The notes beneath the pieces are model-generated. The model searched no databases and had not been told where the DNA came from. It worked only from the letters and a program-made list of their open reading frames with translations. A program made the translations under genes and the position numbers. This document shows, in pieces, positions 6,585 through 10,942 of a stretch of 10,942 nucleotides of DNA. The stretch lies in NCBI GenBank assembly GCA_039683575.1, contig JBDKRC010000174.1:1-10942 (forward strand), read 5' to 3'. This DNA is from Armatimonadia bacterium. GTDB taxonomy: Bacteria > Armatimonadota > Zipacnadia > Zipacnadales > UBA11051. Every line of letters begins with the position of its first letter. The stretch's first letter is position 1.

Positions 6585-6689
6585 GCCCGGCTGGAAGCCG
6601 GGCTCTAGTGGCGTTATCTCGCGGCTGGAAGCCGCTCGTACGACGTTGAAGGGACCTGACATAGTCTGGTCGGAAGCCGCGCGTACGAC
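6585..6689 (-). repeat. Three tandem REP-like units sharing GGAAGCCG
   Basis: Minus-strand reads are CTAGAGCCCGGCTTCCAGCCGGGC (6608 to 6585), GTACGAGCGGCTTCCAGCCGCGA (6641 to 6619) and a degenerate GTACGCGCGGCTTCC (6686 to 6672). The reverse complement of 6626-6644 matches 1410-1428 at 18/19 nt. Confidence 0.75.
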
Positions 6690-6728
6690 ATGGGATTGTT
6701 GCCTTCAGTCTGCGCTGAGGTGACCGCG

Positions 6729-9428
6729 ATGAACCACTGTCGCTCTTTCATTGCGCTGGCGATGTTGGTGCTGCTGGCGGGTCTGGTACCGGCCCACGCC
6801 GATCCGGCGGATCCGGCGAAGACTCGAGGTATCTCGATCCCGGCGGCCGGCATCGGGGGCGACTACCCGGTCGCGGCGCTCCTGGGCCTGGTCCGGACGG
6901 CGAAGGTCGGACAGGTGATCATCGACTGGGACTGTATCCCGGAGACCTGGCCGAAGACGAATGGGCCGGCGGTGGCACAACTCGTCAATACCCTCGCGCT
7001 CGGGGACGTAAAGGTGGCGGCCATGTACCGGCCGAGGTTCCTCAAATCCCCGACGGTCCCCACTCAGGTCAAGGCCAATGGCTTCCCCGCTGATCTGAAG
7101 GGCTTCGAGATCTGCTACTCCGACGAGAAGTCGCGGCAATGGGGTGCGGCGTGGGGGCCGGCGATTCTGGCTCTCTCCCCTGCCTGGGAGGAAGTCATCA
7201 TCTCGCAGCCCGAAGACAGATGCCACTGCCGCCTTTGTGCCGACCGCACACTGCCGCCCACCGCACTACCTACCCCCAGCATCGTGCAATTCCTCGGTGA
7301 GGCACGGCAGGCTCTGAAGCGTTACCGGCCGGAGGCCAAGTTAGGTCTCGCCGGAGGACTCTCCACGCCATACTGGCAGCCAGTGCTCCAGCAGATTGAC
7401 GTGGCGCACCCGCTCATGAACATGAATGAGCAGATCGCATACACCCGGGCGCTGTCGCCGATGGTTGGCCTGCGGCCGCTGATTGGCGACAAGCTGGGCT
7501 CCTGCCTAGCGAGGATCACCTCCGAGTACGACGTGACCTGCAGTGCCGATTACCTGGCGAAGTTTGACAGACAAGCCGCGGCGCAAGGCGTCCCATATGT
7601 GCTGTGGAGCTTCGAGACATCATTCCTGTCGGCTGACTACGATCCGCAGGAGGTCTGTGAGGCGCTGGGGATTGACTGGGCCGCGATCTATCCGTGCCTG
7701 GACCAGATGGTGATCGAGTCACAGACCAACCTGGCGCCGCCGCTGGTGAGAGTGGACGAGGCGCGGCTGGACCGAGAGTCGGTTAAGGGCCGCTATGCGG
7801 TGGTGACAGGGCTGCAGCCTGATGATCCGTACTATCAGGCGGCGGAGGCGCTGGCGGAGCACCGTGGGGTCGAGGTAACGTACATTCCGTTTACGCCGTA
7901 TCAGGCTTTCTACCTGGCGCTGCAGCAGTTGGGGGCCGAGCAGGTCGCGGTAGTGGCGCGGCCCAGCGACGTGGGACCGGATTTCGCCGGCACGCTGTTC
8001 ATGGCGGCCGCCAACATGGACCATGATCCGGAACTCGACTTCACCTATGGGATCATCACCGGAGCAACCGCGCAGGACGCCGTGGATATGGTCACGCGGA
8101 CCGTGATGGCCGAGCGGAACAACCCGGCGCCACGACGGGCGGTGTGCGTGGGTCATGTGTTTGATGGCATGGCACACTGCTTCACGGCCATGGAGAACCG
8201 GGCGAATGACTATAAGCGGATGGGGATGCAGACCGATACCGTGCGGTTTGACGATGCGGACAAGGACTGGGCGCAGCACAAGGATGCGGAGATGGCGAAG
8301 TTTGAGGGCGCGACCGTCGTCGTCTTCTGTGGCCATGGCTCCGGTAGCTGGTCGGCGGGCATCAAGGGGTCTGATCTCTTCAATGTCACGCTCAACGGTG
8401 CCATCTCGTTCGATGGGACGTGCTATGCCAATGCCGTTTCTGAACTGTGGATGGAGGTCAACAAGACCAGGCAACTGCAGCTAGTGAAGCTGGCGCCGCC
8501 GAACAGTGTCACACTGGGGCTGATCCACGCCGGCGCCATTGGCCGTGTGGGTAGCGTCTGCTCAAGCGGGTTCATGCTGGTTTCAGACGCCATGAAAGCG
8601 GTTGACCAAGGCCTCAGCATGGGAGAGGCATTCCGGCGTGGACAGGACGCGAGCATCAAGCGGGCTAAGCTGCGGTCCGTCTCGGTGTGTGCTTACCGCG
8701 AGGGGCAGTTGTCGCCGCAGAAATGCGGTTCGCGAACGCAGAGGTTGTCACACTGTATCGCACCGGTAGTGCTCTATGGGGACCCGGCCTACGTTCCATA
8801 TCCGGGGGGACTGCCGAACGCGGCGGCGGTGAATGCCAAGGCGCCGGCGGGGACGCCAACGCAGGGATTGCCGCAGGAACTGAAGCTCGTGGCCGGGCGG
8901 AATGAGTATGTGATGCGGGGCGGCAATGGGGTGGCGACGATGGTGATCCAGTACCTCGCCGAACGCTTCTTCACCGGCGCGCCGTATGCGGCGGTGTCGG
9001 ACAACAGGGGTGTGCGGGCACTGCTGCGGTTTGACTTGTCACGGGTATCGCTCCCGGCGGGCATGGCGGTCAAGAAGGCGACGCTAAGGGTCTATGCGGA
9101 GAAGCCTGTGGCGACCGGAGAGCCGGGAGAGCGGTTGCTGGGGCTGCATGAGGTGACGCAGGGCTGGGAGCCGGAGGTGACGTGGGCGACGATGCCCAAG
9201 TTTGCCGAGGCACCGCTGGTGACGGTCCCCTTCGAGCGGGCGGTGAAGTGGCTGGAGTTCGACGTGACCAAGCAGGTGAACGCGTGGCTTAAGGCACCGG
9301 CTGATAACCACGGATTGATGTTCAAGTTTGTGACGGAGGGGCAGCAGCCGTTCGTGTCCTGGAATTTGGCCAATGGCATGGCCACGGACGAAAGCACTCG
9401 ACCACGGCTGATGATCGAATGTCAGTGA
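6729..9428 (+). CDS. Secreted multidomain protein: signal peptide, GH-like domain with CxCxxC, C25/gingipain-like (clan CD) peptidase domain, C-terminal DNRLRE domain
   Basis: Start 6729 is preferred over 6690 because of the RBS GAGGTGA (6717-6723) and the signal peptide MNHCRSFIALAMLVLLAGLVPAHA-DP. Motifs: CHCRLC (7221-7238); VVVFCGHG...FDGTCY...GAIGRVG...MGEAF...LYGDP; RALLRFDLS...KATLRVY...VTW...FDVTKQVNAW...NHGLMFK...RPRLMI. The CDS is secure; domain calls are less so. Confidence 0.75.
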   Translation: MNHCRSFIALAMLVLLAGLVPAHADPADPAKTRGISIPAAGIGGDYPVAALLGLVRTAKVGQVIIDWDCIPETWPKTNGPAVAQLVNTLALGDVKVAAMYRPRFLKSPTVPTQVKANGFPADLKGFEICYSDEKSRQWGAAWGPAILALSPAWEEVIISQPEDRCHCRLCADRTLPPTALPTPSIVQFLGEARQALKRYRPEAKLGLAGGLSTPYWQPVLQQIDVAHPLMNMNEQIAYTRALSPMVGLRPLIGDKLGSCLARITSEYDVTCSADYLAKFDRQAAAQGVPYVLWSFETSFLSADYDPQEVCEALGIDWAAIYPCLDQMVIESQTNLAPPLVRVDEARLDRESVKGRYAVVTGLQPDDPYYQAAEALAEHRGVEVTYIPFTPYQAFYLALQQLGAEQVAVVARPSDVGPDFAGTLFMAAANMDHDPELDFTYGIITGATAQDAVDMVTRTVMAERNNPAPRRAVCVGHVFDGMAHCFTAMENRANDYKRMGMQTDTVRFDDADKDWAQHKDAEMAKFEGATVVVFCGHGSGSWSAGIKGSDLFNVTLNGAISFDGTCYANAVSELWMEVNKTRQLQLVKLAPPNSVTLGLIHAGAIGRVGSVCSSGFMLVSDAMKAVDQGLSMGEAFRRGQDASIKRAKLRSVSVCAYREGQLSPQKCGSRTQRLSHCIAPVVLYGDPAYVPYPGGLPNAAAVNAKAPAGTPTQGLPQELKLVAGRNEYVMRGGNGVATMVIQYLAERFFTGAPYAAVSDNRGVRALLRFDLSRVSLPAGMAVKKATLRVYAEKPVATGEPGERLLGLHEVTQGWEPEVTWATMPKFAEAPLVTVPFERAVKWLEFDVTKQVNAWLKAPADNHGLMFKFVTEGQQPFVSWNLANGMATDESTRPRLMIECQ

Positions 9429-9464
9429 GATGAGCAGAGCAACTTAGTAAAGGACTTGAGGCTC

Positions 9465-10942
9465 ATGCGAACGATCTTGGTGTTGCTGGTGTTGCTGGCG
9501 ATGCTGGCGTGTCTGACGGCGGCGGTGGCGGATTTCCCGGTGGTGCAGGGCGGGCAGGCGCGGTGCCAGATTGTGTTGGGCAAGGGTGCCCAGCCGGTGG
9601 AGCAGCAGGCGGCGAAGGACCTGGCGCGGTGTCTGAAGCTCATGACCGAAGTCGAAGTGCCGCTGGTGGGCGAGGGCGCGGAGCAGGCGGGCGTGCCGAA
9701 GATACTGGTGGGGCCTTGTGCGCTGCCTGAGGCGGTTGCCAAGGACGTAGCGAAGCAGGACTACGGCGGCTACATCATCAGGCAGGTGGGCTCGGACCTG
9801 GTGCTGCGCGGGCCAAGCGAGTATGGCAGCGCCAATGCGGTCTATGGGCTGCTGGAGGATAGTCTGGGCTGTCACTGGTTCATGCCCGGCGAGCTGTTTG
9901 AGTATGTGCCCCAGCGTGCCGAGGTGGTGCTGCCGACGCTCAACGTGGCGCTGAACCCCGGCTTCCGCTTCCGGTACTTCAGCGGCGTCACGGAGGGCGG
10001 GGAGTGGCAGTTCCGCAACCGTCTGGACCGCCCGGGCAACCCCAACGCGCCGTTCCTGGCGCAGGGGCACATCCTGTACCGACTCTACCCGCCGAGCAAG
10101 TATGGCAAGGAGCATCCGGAGTACTACCCGCTCAAGGGTGGCAAGCGGCATGTGAACAGCGACGACCAGGACCAGTATGCGCAGCCATGCACGAGCAACC
10201 CGGCGGTGGTCAAGGTCGCCGTGGACACCATCAGCAAGTACTTCGATGACCACCCGCAGGCCCACACGCATTCGCTGTGCATCAATGACAACAACGACTG
10301 GTGCGAGTGCGACCCGTGCAAGGCGCAGGATGTGGCGGTGCCGCAGTTCAGGGGCCGCACGATCTACTCGGATCGCTACTACACCTACGTCAATGGCGTG
10401 GCAAGGGGCCTGTCGGCCACGCATCCGGACAAGTTCCTCGGCGTGTTCGCGTACGCCGGGGTCGAGCCGGTGCCGGCCAGGATCGACAAGATCGAGCCGA
10501 ACGTGTATGTCAGCATCACCCAGGACTGCGCGCAGCACTTCGACCCATCGTACCGGCAAACCGACTATGACTTCATCAAGCAGTGGCAGAAGAAGGCGGC
10601 GCATGTCGGGAAGTATGACTACTACGGGCTGGGGGCGGTCATCCCGCGGTATTACCCGCACCTGATCGCCAAGGATATCAAGCACTCGCAGCAGGTGGGG
10701 CTGGAGGGCTTCCACTCAGAGGCGTACCCGCTGTGGGCGGAGTTTGGGCCGCAGGTGTACGTGGCGGCACGGATGCTCTACAACCCGGCGCTGGACTGCG
10801 ACAAGCTGCTGCGTGAGTACTTCCAGTGCCTGTATGGCCCGGCGGCGCCGGAGATGGCGGGGCTGTACCAGACGTTTGAGGACGCGTGGATGCAGTACAA
10901 GCGGCCGGGACGCTGGTTTGAGGGCATCAGCAGCATGGCCCA
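9465..10942 (+). CDS. Secreted DUF4838-domain protein (putative glycoside hydrolase-like, with a GH20/GH67 N-terminal-like domain), 3' end outside window
   Basis: Open frame from ATG 9465 to the window end, starting MRTILVLLVLLAMLACLTAAVA-DF (signal peptide). Motifs: AAKDLARCLKLMT, GSANAVYGLLEDSLGCHWFMPG, PGFRFR, HPEYYPL, QPCTSNP, NDNNDWCECDPC, SDRYYTYVNGVA, YVAARMLYNP, YGPAAPEM. GAGG RBS at 9458-9461. Missing from the ORF track because there is no stop codon in the window. Confidence 0.9.
   Translation, partial: MRTILVLLVLLAMLACLTAAVADFPVVQGGQARCQIVLGKGAQPVEQQAAKDLARCLKLMTEVEVPLVGEGAEQAGVPKILVGPCALPEAVAKDVAKQDYGGYIIRQVGSDLVLRGPSEYGSANAVYGLLEDSLGCHWFMPGELFEYVPQRAEVVLPTLNVALNPGFRFRYFSGVTEGGEWQFRNRLDRPGNPNAPFLAQGHILYRLYPPSKYGKEHPEYYPLKGGKRHVNSDDQDQYAQPCTSNPAVVKVAVDTISKYFDDHPQAHTHSLCINDNNDWCECDPCKAQDVAVPQFRGRTIYSDRYYTYVNGVARGLSATHPDKFLGVFAYAGVEPVPARIDKIEPNVYVSITQDCAQHFDPSYRQTDYDFIKQWQKKAAHVGKYDYYGLGAVIPRYYPHLIAKDIKHSQQVGLEGFHSEAYPLWAEFGPQVYVAARMLYNPALDCDKLLREYFQCLYGPAAPEMAGLYQTFEDAWMQYKRPGRWFEGISSMA

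Noticed and set aside
6585-6689. Possible mini CRISPR array (three GGAAGCCG-containing repeats)
   Set aside because: The repeats are short and divergent, spacing is uneven (34 and 45 nt), no cas gene is present, and a related unit occurs singly at 1410. This fits REPs.
6690-6728. Upstream start for the large secreted protein given in the ORF track
   Set aside because: ATG 6729 has a good RBS and directly begins a signal peptide, whereas 6690 abuts a REP unit and lacks an RBS.
9444-10715. 423-aa minus-strand ORF
   Set aside because: Antisense shadow of the + strand DUF4838 gene (from 9465), which has an RBS, a signal peptide and family motifs.

Overview
GC-rich bacterial window with every credible gene on the + strand. 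In order: the 3' end of a URO-D-family gene, a CE7 acetyl esterase, a pentapeptide-repeat protein with a Cys3His N-terminus, a pRiA4b-ORF3-family gene, a beta-class DNA methyltransferase fused to an Mrr-like nuclease domain, a Cys-type sulfatase, a ~899-aa secreted multidomain protein (GH-like barrel, C25/gingipain-like clan CD domain, DNRLRE domain), and a secreted DUF4838-type protein running off the right edge (absent from the ORF track). The most notable structure is non-genic. (1) A 637-bp lower-GC segment carrying the pRiA4b-ORF3 gene is bounded by a perfect 14-bp direct repeat that is the start of the methyltransferase gene. (2) GTAG-type REP-like hairpins fill four intergenic gaps, several apparently nested inside one another. 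(3) An inverted REP doublet sits in-frame inside the sulfatase gene. No rRNA, tRNA, CRISPR array or transposase was recognised. Family calls are from motif recognition by eye, not database searches.
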